Assembly (NCBI RefSeq): GCF_037042905.1
Contig: NC_087251.1
Location: forward strand, 22,570,001-22,634,000
Direction: 5' to 3'
DNA length: 64,000 nt
From: Lytechinus pictus
Lineage: Eukaryota
Below the pieces are notes generated by a model that was given only the letters and a program-made list of their open reading frames with translations, made no database searches and was not told the DNA's origin. Within the stretch, counting starts at the first letter, position 1. Each line of letters begins with the position of its first letter. This document shows positions 53,311-64,000 of the stretch, in pieces. Both the position numbers and the translations under genes were made by a program.

Positions 53311-54568
53311 GACACTTATTACAATACATATACTAACCAATAATGACTTTAAAAACGCAAGTAGAACACCTTGAAATAAATAAACACATGTATATATCTT
53401 TATTTTTATGACATGAAATTGCTATTTACACAGTAGTTTAAAACAAAATTGTATACAGACATATACATCCATTGCAACGAAAAGTGACCTTTAACAAACA
53501 TTTTCAACAAAAATTATGGCCCATACAAGGTGACTTTGTCACATTCTCTGCATAACGCACATTACTAAGGGAAAAATATTTGCCATTATCAAGTAAATCA
53601 ACAATAAATTTCTATATCAATCCATATTACATCAATTTCACGCACAAAATCACTTCCATCAATTTTTTTAAAGTTCCTGATCTTCAAATAATTTATTTTA
53701 GTCAAAGTGTTACATGTGACCATTTTCTGAAATATAACATTCAGAATATTTTAATTTGTATTCATTGAGGTCAGTGATGATGTGTGTTTGAATAATCTTG
53801 CTAATTAAAAGTTTATCTTACTATCACTAACCTTTTGCTCAAATCTCAGTGTTTTTTTAATCGAATATCGGAATAGACTGCAAGGTAAAAAGATCAGTTG
53901 TGATCATGTGATTTTTTAAATTGTTTTGAGGCAATTAAACTTTGGACATAAACACAAGTGTTAAGTGTAATAGTTGGGGATTAAAAGATGGGACCATACT
54001 CCAATCATAATGTTTGAAATGATCCTTTTTCTAAACAATACAAAGTATTCTTATGTTTCCAATACAAGGGCATGTGAAGACCAACCTTAAGTGGTTTTCT
54101 CCAATGATTTTTCTGTGAATAAAGATGAAAATATGAAAGCTCTCAAATTATGTTCACCTCTCCCTCTGCTTCAAACTTTACTCTTAATAGCACATCAGAT
54201 TTGCCCTTCATCGTGTTTAAGCATGATCCCATCATTCTTAAGTACAAATCGCCCTATCTTTCAAGAAATTATGATTGATGCAATGAATGTCAATGATGGA
54301 GAGCCAATGTCATAATTCTTTATCTATGAGCACATATGCACTCTCTCTTTTTTTTTAAACAAAAACGAGCACAATGATTGGTATAACACTGATGCAAGCA
54401 CAAGCATTTGTCATATTTAGAAAACACTCTAAGCGCAGGCTCTGTAGGTCAGAGCTTGTCCGTGTCGTTTCAGATTTTTGATTGATTGGATCATGACAAA
54501 TATCTGAAGACAAGATTCACTCTCAACTGACCAGAAAAAAATGCAAACTATTATAATATTATTCTTAA

Positions 54569-55144
54569 AGGGATGGTCCAGGCTGAAAATATTTATATCT
54601 AAATAAATAGAGTAAAATTCAGAGCAAAAAGCTGAAAATTTCATTAAATTCAGATAACAAATTACAAAGTTATTGAATTTTAAAGTTTATAAATATTTTG
54701 TGAAAACGGTTATATGCACATCGTCATGAATATTCATTAGGTGGGCTAATGATGTCACATCTCCACTTTCCTTTTTCTTATGTTATTACATGAAATCATA
54801 AATGTTTCATTTTCTCATACGTGTGTAAATGATGTGTCTCCATTATGATGAAATAAGTTGCGGCAATAAATAACTAATGCACTGAATCAGTTGTCAATCA
54901 AATTGTTTTAGTTCTTGGTAGAAAAAAATTGAATAAACCTAATTTCATATACATGTAATACAATACTAAAGAACAAGTGGGGATATGACATCATCAGCTC
55001 ACCTAATGAATATTCATAAAGACATGCCTAGAACTGTTTCACCGGAATAATGCAAATCCGATTTTGATCAAATTTTCAGCATTTTGCTCTGTGAATTTCA
55101 CTCTATTTATTGAGATAGAAATATCTCCAGCCTGGACTATCCCT
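54569..55144. mobile_element. TTAA-flanked non-autonomous DNA transposon (Kolobok-like), copy 2
   Basis: ttaa|agggatggtcc...ggactatccct|ttaa; highly similar to 39367-39970 in the same orientation. Confidence 0.85.
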
Positions 55145-57983
55145 TTAAATGAATGAGGTACATCTAAATTCTCAATTGCCATGGAAACTCTTGGAAAGTT
55201 AAACTTTCCTCCTCCACTCCATGGTAAGGATGGCATAAGGTCAATGAAAAAAATGAATGCTTAACAGTCCATAATAAATTACAAGTTGCCAAACAACTAT
55301 GTGAAACAAACTACAGTATATGAGGAATGTAGAACTAATTATAAAAGACATTACTCAGGGGTGTGATAACAAATAAAGAGCTGAAAAAACTGAATTGAAA
55401 GAGCTCTCATAGTTTTTGTAGACATGAAAGCTAAAACATGCTGACATTAAGCAAAAGAAATTTTAGCTGAGATCAGCAAAAGAGCTGAACTTTCACACCC
55501 CTGATTACTAAAGACAAAAATTAGATGTCCGCATATGATATTTTTTGGTTTCATTATGTGTGACTATCACACTGTGCAGAACAATAACAAATAACTGCAG
55601 AGGTCAGATCAAGCACAGGGGATGCATGCTTCTACTTATCTATTCATGAGATTGTAACTTAAATAACATTTGCGTAGGTGCTACTGCAAGATTTTACGTC
55701 GTACTTTGTGAAACGCCTCCCTTGACGCTGGACCCCTGGCAATCCGTACAGGTTTCTTGATCATTTTCAATCACATTAACTACGTTTGAATGTTTGACAT
55801 TATGAACACATATTGTGAGTGCACTGTACATTTTTTACCAGACTTGAATTCTAATTTTCTAAAATCTAAACACAGTCATAGTTTCTTTTAACATCTGAAA
55901 AAAAAATCCTACAATGGATTTTGGCACTTTATTTGCTAGTGATTCTAGACTGCATCCACCGAGATGTTGGTGTATGCAAATCAAGAAATCAAGATTCATG
56001 CTTAATAAATCAACTCCATGGGCTACTACACTTTCAAAATGAAATTCAAATTTTATACCTCTAAAACAACAAGGAGTTGAATGGATCACATTTGGCAGTG
56101 ATTATCCAAGCACACAATCAACTATGCTAAGTCAATGCATGAATGCTGAAGATCACTATAACAGCTGCAATAATACGAGTCACCATTGTCACAAATCAAT
56201 TGCTTACATGCACAAATTACATGTACTCTACCCCTTCTTTCAGTACACATTCATTATTGAATTTTTATTTCACATAATGTGAAAGAAAGCTAATGTAGCA
56301 GTAAACTTCTTGTAAATAAATATCATTTTCAGCCAAATTTTCATAAATATGAAAAAAACTGCCAAAGCATATACTGAGAACAGAAGGGATGGTTCATGCC
56401 AACAATAAAATGTTACATGGGCTCTCTAGTCTCCATCAAGCATGGAAATAGATTGGTTCATTAAGACAATAGGGAATTCATGATTTGTCCTCAGTGGAGC
56501 TCGTTTGATGGTAGGTACAAGAAAAATAAAAACCAAATCAAGTCTACAACACATGATTTTTTAATCTGAATAATATCATGAAAATTAAGATAGTGTGTGG
56601 CAGCATTCAGGTACCTTGTCACGAATTAGGAACCCGTCTTAAAAGGCAGGATTCCCGCAAGTGTCCTCTTGTTACCAATTCTCACACTTCATCATGGATA
56701 AAACACTGGGGAATGCAAAATAGCCGATATGAAAAGACGCATAGTGCCTGCTCAAAGTCGAGGCACTGATTTTTGACAAGGTACCTAAAGCTTGCATGTC
56801 ACAGCCAATCCTTGCAATTTTGTAGAATCAAGCACACACCTGCATAGGTGTTTTACTCTGGTTTTCCATAGAGTCAAGCCCTGTCCACTGAATAATTTCA
56901 TGAAAATCAAAAAGATGATTGTAGTAGCATTCCCCATGCAATAAGGAGAGGTCCTGTGGATTGGCATTGCTCTAGAATCATCATCCGATTTCCAATTGTA
57001 AATCTCGAATTCCCAATTCCAACGATTTGTGATCAACACAACTTCTTGAACATGAATCACGACTTGAAAAACGATAGTAGCTTCATGGGCCACAACAATC
57101 CAATTCAAAGCTCAATTGTCCCTGGGGCTTGTTTCATGAAGTTTTCCATTGTAATTACCATGATGGTTAAGTTACCATAATAGTAGCTTTCTATGAAACT
57201 ATTCCCAGGATTTGTAAATCCATTTTCCATATCTATATCGATTTTAAAAGTTCCTATTATGAGCGAATGAAATTATGGCTACTCGTTTGCTGAGAGGAGA
57301 CTTCTCATAAAATACTTTGTTATTGGCAACAAGTTAGTGAAATATACTTTTTTTTTTAATTGTGAACATGGTCTCTTGCCATCAATGAAGCTGTTAAAAT
57401 GTTAAAAGGAGGCATAGACACATAAATAGAATTGAGTTGGATATTCTGAGAATCAAGATCAAACCCCCCCCCCCCTTAAAAAAAATATATACCTGTATAT
57501 AATTTCCTAATTATCTTTGGTTTGCAAAGGAGAAAAAAAAAGAAATCCTATTTTAAAAATATATTGATTAAATGATGGTTCAGTTGGATTTTAAAATATT
57601 AACAGAATGTTTCAATAGTACACTTTTGAAAAGTAGAATCACATTTTAACCAACAAAAGTGGCCAAATCAATTAGAAAAAATCAATGGAAGATTTTCAAA
57701 AAGAAATAACAACATCATCAGTTTTTTTTTAGTACATATATATCTCTATAAATAAGTTCCAGGGCTCCTAATTTAAGGGTTTTTCCTGAAAATCAGCATC
57801 CCTACTTAACAGCAGACCTCACTGCTGTTAAAAAAAATATTACCCTAATGGCTAATGACTTATCAAAAGCATCGTGGTTTGTCTTACTGTTAATAAACAG
57901 AGACCCCATTGATGTAGCACCATCTTAGAAATATTGATATCTCTAAAAACTGAACATCATAATCTCACTGCTACAGCATCATT

Positions 57984-58226
57984 ATAGAGTACCAAAGCGA
58001 TGACGTCAGTTGCCATGGTGTCATGGCGGCCTGGTTTTAAACAAATGAACCCGCCGAATGAAAGCGTGTGTTTCTCATAGGGGAAAATGGCTGCTATCGG
58101 AATTTGATCGCTTGCAACCTATTTTTCAGATGAGCTAGTGTGTACAGACGATCGTCAGCTGCGACTCTGTTTAGAACCAGCCCGCCATGACACCTTGGCA
58201 ACTGACGCCACACTTCTGTACTCTAT
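57984..58226. mobile_element. MITE
   Basis: TIRs atagagtac..gcg.tgacgtcagttgcca.ggtgtcatggcgg and reverse complement ccgccatgacacc.tggcaactgacg..gtactctat. Confidence 0.7.
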
Positions 58227-59360
58227 GAAAGTGTCCCAGTGATATAGTAGAATAAGGGTACAAGGATGTAAGCAGTACAGCGTGACACCAAATAATATTT
58301 GACTGACATACGCACACTAAAAAAAAAAAATTCACCCTCCTTTCTTGTTTGAAGGATATATCTACACAGGACAGGGGTAAATATGTAGCACCCTAATCCT
58401 CACTGAAAATAACTGCCACAAATGTCCTGTCCCAAGATAAAAATTAAATTCCTATCCTACTCAAATAGGTGTTAAGTAAAGTTTGATACTAGATATAGAC
58501 CAGTTTATGATCATCAAGATTTTACACACATTTCACAGCACACATGTGCCAGTTCTGATGACCTTGACAGAACAAGTGGAGAGTAAAGAGCAACATTGGC
58601 TGTCTGGTTTCAAAGTACTCATGAAACTTCTGTAAAGCAATACCTTGCCCATCAGTACTAAAACCAACTCCTTTACCGGATTATAGAAGCTGTCCAATAA
58701 CAGGAGATTCTCTGACATAAGAACAGAAAACAAGTATATACACTGAAACCTTTATGTAAAGACCACCCAGGAGAGACAAGAAATGTAGTGATCTTTATGG
58801 ACAGGTTCCTGTTATACATGTTTCAATGGGAAGAAAACTATGCAAGTGAAACCAAATTTGTGTTTTTTATTAGAAAGGTGGTCCTTTTAAAGGGGTGGGC
58901 GCTAAAGCCAATTTGACTTGTATAACCACAACCTACAATCGTGTGCCTAAATAGATACCTCCATGTTGGTACAAATTCACCAAGGTGGTTTTGAATCTGC
59001 ACTTTTGACCAATGGTTAATGCAGATTTAATTTAGTTTATATTGAATAAGGGTTCAAGAATGAATGCACAATTTTAACGCAGGGTGCTAGATTTATGTTT
59101 TTTTCTATGGGTTCCAGGCCAGTGTTTATGTAAATTGATTTACATTAACACTGGACTAATGAATAATGAACAATGTATGCACATAACGCTGAAAGCCATC
59201 ATCCCTCAAAGTCAAGAAATAGGGACGAGCCTGATTTTCTTTGCATTACATTTTTTTATCTTTTGAATCAGGCAAAGTGGGTGAAGTTGGAAAAGGTGAT
59301 TGAGGCAAGTGAAATAAATCTGAAGCACCTATTCACGGAAACAAAACCATATTTGTAATG

Positions 59361-59366
59361 TTTATT
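59361..59366 (-). promoter_or_regulatory. Candidate proximal polyadenylation signal of GTF2A1
   Basis: AATAAA on - strand about 190 nt after the stop, followed by a GU-rich tract (ggttttgtttccgtg). Confidence 0.4.
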
Positions 59367-59553
59367 TACTGCTCCTAATACAACTTATGCAAACTGAGCC
59401 AGTGGACAAACAAAAAATGCTCTCAACAATAAAGATTATCCACGTAACGGGGCAGCTGGCAGGTATGTGTATGCTACAGCAGAAAATAAGAAGAGTTGAT
59501 GACTACAGTTCTACAAAACATCTTTGCAAGACTGGGCACTGTTCACATAGATA

Positions 59554-59661
59554 CTACCAATCAGCATCCCCCGTTGATTTGTTGAAGACGTAGTCCTTTC
59601 CCTTTAGATTCATGATGCCATGTTTTAAAGTAAATTTCCATTTATTCCTATTCCGATTGAT
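59554..59661 (-). CDS. GTF2A1: TFIIA large subunit (alpha/beta), last coding exon
   Basis: ttaacag|INRNRNKWKFTLKHGIMNLKGKDYVFNKSTGDADW*, matching the conserved TFIIA-beta C-terminus. Confidence 0.95.
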   Translation of the reverse strand: MNRNRNKWKFTLKHGIMNLKGKDYVFNKSTGDADW

Positions 59662-60149
59662 CTGTTAACAATTATAAAAAAGAAAAAAGAGCATTAAAAG
59701 TAAATGAAAGATGGCATATAATGGGATAATTTTTAAAAACACTGTGGTTGATATATTTTGCAAATAGCAAAGATATTAATAATATACATAAAATGGGCAG
59801 ATTTATAATCTTTTTCAAGTATTATTTGTTGCAACAAAGAGACAAGGATGCCTAAACTTTTACTATTTATCAATATAAACAAAAATATAAACATTTTGTT
59901 GCTTTTTATATCAGTAAAGTAAACAAAGTACAAAAAGACATCAATCTGAAAAGGTTTGTTAACAATCAATTTACCTGGGGGCAGGGGGGGTAGACAATAA
60001 TAAATTGAATGGCTTTATTTCATAGTATACCAGGCATATTCCACAAAATATTGATACAAACTCTAGGAATGTATCTGGTATCCCATATTGCATTCAATAT
60101 GTTTTGCATTCATATGAGTAGAATTTTGGGAGAATTATCACATATTTAC

Positions 60150-60239
60150 CTTGTCATACTGGCATACTACAACATTTTCTGATTCAAATAAATCAGCCGG
60201 ATCTTCATCACTAACGTCATCAGCAGAGTTCAGAGGGTC
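60150..60239 (-). CDS. GTF2A1: TFIIA large subunit exon
   Basis: cctag|DPLNSADDVSDEDPADLFESENVVVCQYDK|gtaaat, 90 nt, phase 0-0. Confidence 0.95.
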
Positions 60240-61099
60240 CTAGGTAAAAACAAAATTAATGAACACAAATTTCTTTAAATATAGATTACATAAGATCATC
60301 TCTGGTCATGAAATGGAAATGAAACAGAGAAACTCTCTTAGAGTAGTTAGGAATCGGTGAATGCTTAATTATCATAAACCATTCAAAGAGGATTTCAGAG
60401 GACAGAAAAGATAACTAGCTTGTTGTACAATACATGTACTGCACACAGAAAAGCATGCATGGGACTACATGTAAATGTATGGCCTAAATATTTTAATGTT
60501 TGTCATGCTTTTAATGCTAAAGCATCTGAAGAGCAACTTTTTTCAGTGAAACTTTTTAACTTTCTTCTGACATGAAAAGAAAAGAACATGAGATCCCCTA
60601 CCTTCACTTAAAAAAAATTATAGGTGACTCTGCTGAAGTTGAATCCCTTGGGATCACAGAAATCTCTTTGACTTAAATAGGCCAAATTTGACTTATTGGC
60701 ACATGTTTTGCCTATTCTGGTATAGAGTTGGGTGATTATTCGACTTATGCAGATTCAATTGCAAATATATATTTTTTTAAAAGGCCAGCGATGTGATGAT
60801 AAGGCCATCTAGAATTGATTGGCCAAATAATATGACTCACACGCATCATTTCAGCATTTCTAAAGTGACAAATCCACATGGATTATGAACTCAAGGTGCT
60901 CAATGTATGCCTTCTTCTAGATAACAAATTATGGCTTGAAAGACCTGTGATTACAGAATCCATTCGAGGACATTCCACAGCTAAGTCCAAGTCATTTTTT
61001 CACCCAAACTTTGGGCACAGTTACTTCAAATAGTGCCTATCAGTGCAGGCCAAATAAGCAAAAACAAAAACAGCCACTGAGCCCAGCCGATTATTTTAC

Positions 61100-61243
61100 C
61101 TCCTCATCTTCACCACCACCATCGTCGTTTTCTTTGTCATCATCGTCATCGTCGTCATCCTTATCATCATCGTCATCATCATCGAAGTCATCCTCTTCAT
61201 CATCTGATGAATCATTAGCACCGTCAACTTGCACTATTGAAGG
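61100..61243 (-). CDS. GTF2A1: TFIIA large subunit exon with QVDG cleavage site and acidic tract
   Basis: atacag|PSIVQVDGANDSSDDEEDDFDD...GGEDEE|gtaaaa, 144 nt, phase 0-0. Confidence 0.92.
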
Positions 61244-62099
61244 CTGTATCAATAGAAGTATAAAGAATAAACAAAAAATATATCAAATTTCTCGTCATAT
61301 CAAAGTCATGAATTCGCATACATGTTGCCAATTTCACCACACTGGTACCAAGGGAGCATTTCATGAATATGTCAGTGATTTTCACAAGCAAATATTATTT
61401 ACAAGCAACTAAAATCCTTGCAACCACTTGGCAGATAGCAAATTGTCATGGAGAATCGATCACTGTCAAGAAACTTCGCAAAAGGCTCTAATAGTGACGT
61501 TGGGTCTAAGATGTCCGTCTCCCTGCCAGACAGGCCAATGTACAGTATATGGCAGGGGACTGACTTTGTCCTAAATCAAACAGGTTTTGCTGAGATAAAC
61601 CAAAATCAGGATCGAATGCATCAGGAAGTTGGCATTAAATGGTCACATTCTGAAAAAAAAAATTATCAACAGTTGAACAGTATCACTCTTGTAGGTCATT
61701 CTTGACATGTATACATATATCAATTCTTACAATCTATTCTCAAACATTACATTTTTACATTAATTTCTTTAAGCTTTGATGACTCGGGTTGTATTTTAAC
61801 TTTCATTTCACTGTTCTTTGACATGTTACAAACCTGAGAAAACCCACGCATAAGAAGATTGACTCTCAAAATGCAAGTAATCACAGAAATCCCTTTATGA
61901 TCTAAATCTATGGCATCTTCCTGTTGTATTTTGTAAATTCTGATGGAGGGTTCCACTGAAAGGTCTCTCATTCTTAGCCCAGGCAAAAGGACAAGGGGTG
62001 TTTCATGAAAATGCTTCTAAGTTGAACAAAAATAAATGTATGGCATAGGACAAGTCAAATGGGTTTCACAATCCTTTATTTAGTGATTGAATTTGAGGT

Positions 62100-62650
62100 T
62101 ACACTTCGTAATTCCAAAGGTTCGTAATTCCGAAGGTTCTTTATTCCGAAGGTTTGTACTTCCGAAACACGTAAATTGCCTATACCTCGATGTTCGTTAA
62201 TCCAAAAACGTAAAAGGGTTCGTTAATCCGAACATTTGTGGCGTTATTCCGAAGGTTCGATAATCCGAAAACGAAATAAGGTTTGATGTTCCGAAAGTTT
62301 GTTAATCCGAAAACGAAATAAGGTTCGTTGTTCCGAAGGTTCGTTAATCCGAAAACGAAATAAGGTTCGTTGGTCCGAAAACGAAATAAGGTTCGTTAAT
62401 CATTTCTTTTTTGGACTAACGAACCTTCGGAATTACGAACCTCATTTCGTTTTCGGATTAACGAACCTTCAGAATTACGAACCTCATTTCATTTTCGGAC
62501 TAACGAACCTTCGGAATTACGAACCTTATTTCGTTTTCGGATTAACGAACCATCAGAATTACGAACCTTCGGAATTACGAACCTTCGGAAATACGAACCT
62601 TCGGAATAACCGAACCTTCGGAATAACGAAGCTTCGGAATTACGAATGTA
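62100..62650. repeat. Palindromic minisatellite-like MITE (ttcgtaattccgaagg units) in a GTF2A1 intron
   Basis: Tandem 15-39 nt units in one orientation to about 62400, then inverted; termini form an inverted repeat. Confidence 0.8.
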
Positions 62651-62766
62651 TGCGGAATTTGAAACATTGACATTTTAATTTACATTAATAGTGCAAGCCT
62701 CAATTTAAATGCGAGTGTCTCATAGTATGGTGGTACTGACGTTTTTTTCCCTTCAGTAATAAAAAA

Positions 62767-62875
62767 TCTATCCACATTGTGCTCAACTCAACCCAAGTGA
62801 GTTAAATGGATGCCTGCCAGGATTGATTCCATGAGAGCAACATACACTGTACAATGCATAATTGAGCACTTTTAG
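62767..62875 (+). mobile_element. Possible SINE core fragment
   Basis: atccacattgtgct...tcaacccaagtgag..aaatgg.tgcc resembles deuterostome SINE central domains; recognised by eye only. Confidence 0.3.
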
Positions 62876-63729
62876 AAACGTACATAGACATAGACGACTT
62901 GTACGAGATGACATCATTTTTTAGCCTGCCATATGCCTCAGGTCCTCACACATGTCCACTCTCAGAATCGAGAACCTCGCCACATCCATTTTGCGGTTCT
63001 CCTAAATCATAGTCGACGTGCACGTGAGTGACGTCATTTTAACTGCTCAAGCTCAGCATAAAGATCAACCTTTCCCTTTAAAACACAGTTTTCAGTGACT
63101 TTTCACAAAATTAATGTAAGTTGTACGATACATTATGTTTATCATATTTGAAATTGCTTTCTGATATCCAAAATATATATCAATATATATCCTAACTCGC
63201 GTAAAAAGGAATCAAAGCAAATGAAAGGGCAAGTGTGCACAAGTTGCACCTTCGCATCCCTCGACCGGGTCGCCAGGCGATGGTACGCCAGAACTTCTGG
63301 GTCGGGCAGCGTGTCATGACCCGCTGGTTACCGCGCTGTTTCACGTGGACGTACGTACACGTACAAGTCGAGTGAAATCTAAAGTAATCGCATCTGTAGT
63401 GAACAAGGGCAGACAACGACGTTGACTTGAACGATCAGACGACTGCTATCTGCTCCTAAAAGTCTCTATTGTTTGAGCTGAGACCAGGGTAATAATAATA
63501 TTAACACTTTTGCTTTGTATCCTCTGGAAATATGGCTATATAAATCTAATTAATATTATCATTGCCATCATTAAATCAAATTAAAAAACAGTAATGCTTT
63601 ATCAAAATGTAGGAAACACTTTGGCCAAAGATTTTGGAACTGCATCATAAATTTGTTTGGGAATCAGGGTGGTCCCTTTCCCCAACCCACCCACCCCTAA
63701 TAGATATTCAAAAAAAAAAAACTACTGAC

Positions 63730-63920
63730 CTGGTCTCCACTGGATTGCACTCTTAATGTACCTGGGGGCAGCACAACACCTTGGGGTGTGATGATACGTG
63801 ATTGTTGGGTATTGGACTGAGCACCTGGTTGGAGGATGATTGGTGGGTACCCAACCACACCACCTTGCTGCTGTTGGGTCTGGATTTGGTATGCTGGGAA
63901 TGTTTGGGTTGCACCACCAG
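63730..63920 (-). CDS. GTF2A1: TFIIA large subunit, Q/P/G-rich middle-region exon (gene continues beyond the window)
   Basis: tttacag|CT GGATQTFPAYQIQTQQQQGGVVGYPPIILQPG...SSGDQ|gtcagt; 191 nt, ends in phase 0, compatible with the next exon. Confidence 0.75.
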
Positions 63921-64000
63921 CTGTAAACAAGATTTGAAATAAAAACATTTTCTTTTTAGAGATGGATGTAAAATGATGAAAATAAATAAAATGGTGCATA

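Noticed and set aside
53118..53374. Poly-Glu, poly-Ser and poly-Phe ORFs
   Set aside because: Translations of a GAA microsatellite.
61011..61412. Ser-rich + strand ORF (133 aa)
   Set aside because: Antisense shadow of the acidic GTF2A1 exon.
62100..62650. CRISPR-like repeat array or 123-aa repetitive ORF
   Set aside because: No unique spacers, units invert midway, no cas genes and a eukaryotic intron context; it is a palindromic repeat element.

Overview
AT-rich, intron-containing eukaryotic DNA. The gene content and repeat style suggest an invertebrate deuterostome, probably a sea urchin or other echinoderm (inference). Two convergent (tail-to-tail) protein-coding genes could be reconstructed by hand. 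(1) On the + strand, a glycoprotein-hormone receptor (type A LGR, TSHR/LHCGR/FSHR family) has seven 69-81 nt phase-2 LRR exons (35187-42710) and a large terminal exon (43112-45416) encoding the last LRRs, hinge, 7TM and a long C-tail. Its first exon (signal peptide/N-terminal Cys box) was not found and probably lies left of the window. (2) On the - strand, the last four visible exons of the TFIIA large subunit gene GTF2A1 span 63920-59554. The rest is intron or intergenic DNA packed with non-autonomous DNA transposons (hAT with 8-bp TSDs, PIF/Harbinger-like MITEs, TTAA-flanked elements, an element with a 9-bp TSD), several of them nested, plus palindromes and microsatellites. The most notable points are the GPHR-GTF2A1 convergent pairing, which mirrors vertebrate TSHR-GTF2A1 and LHCGR-GTF2A1L, and the receptor's TSHR-like features: a long hinge insert and a C-terminal ETVL PDZ ligand. 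Its tail also carries a DSGxxS degron-like motif. I see no prokaryotic-type novel system.
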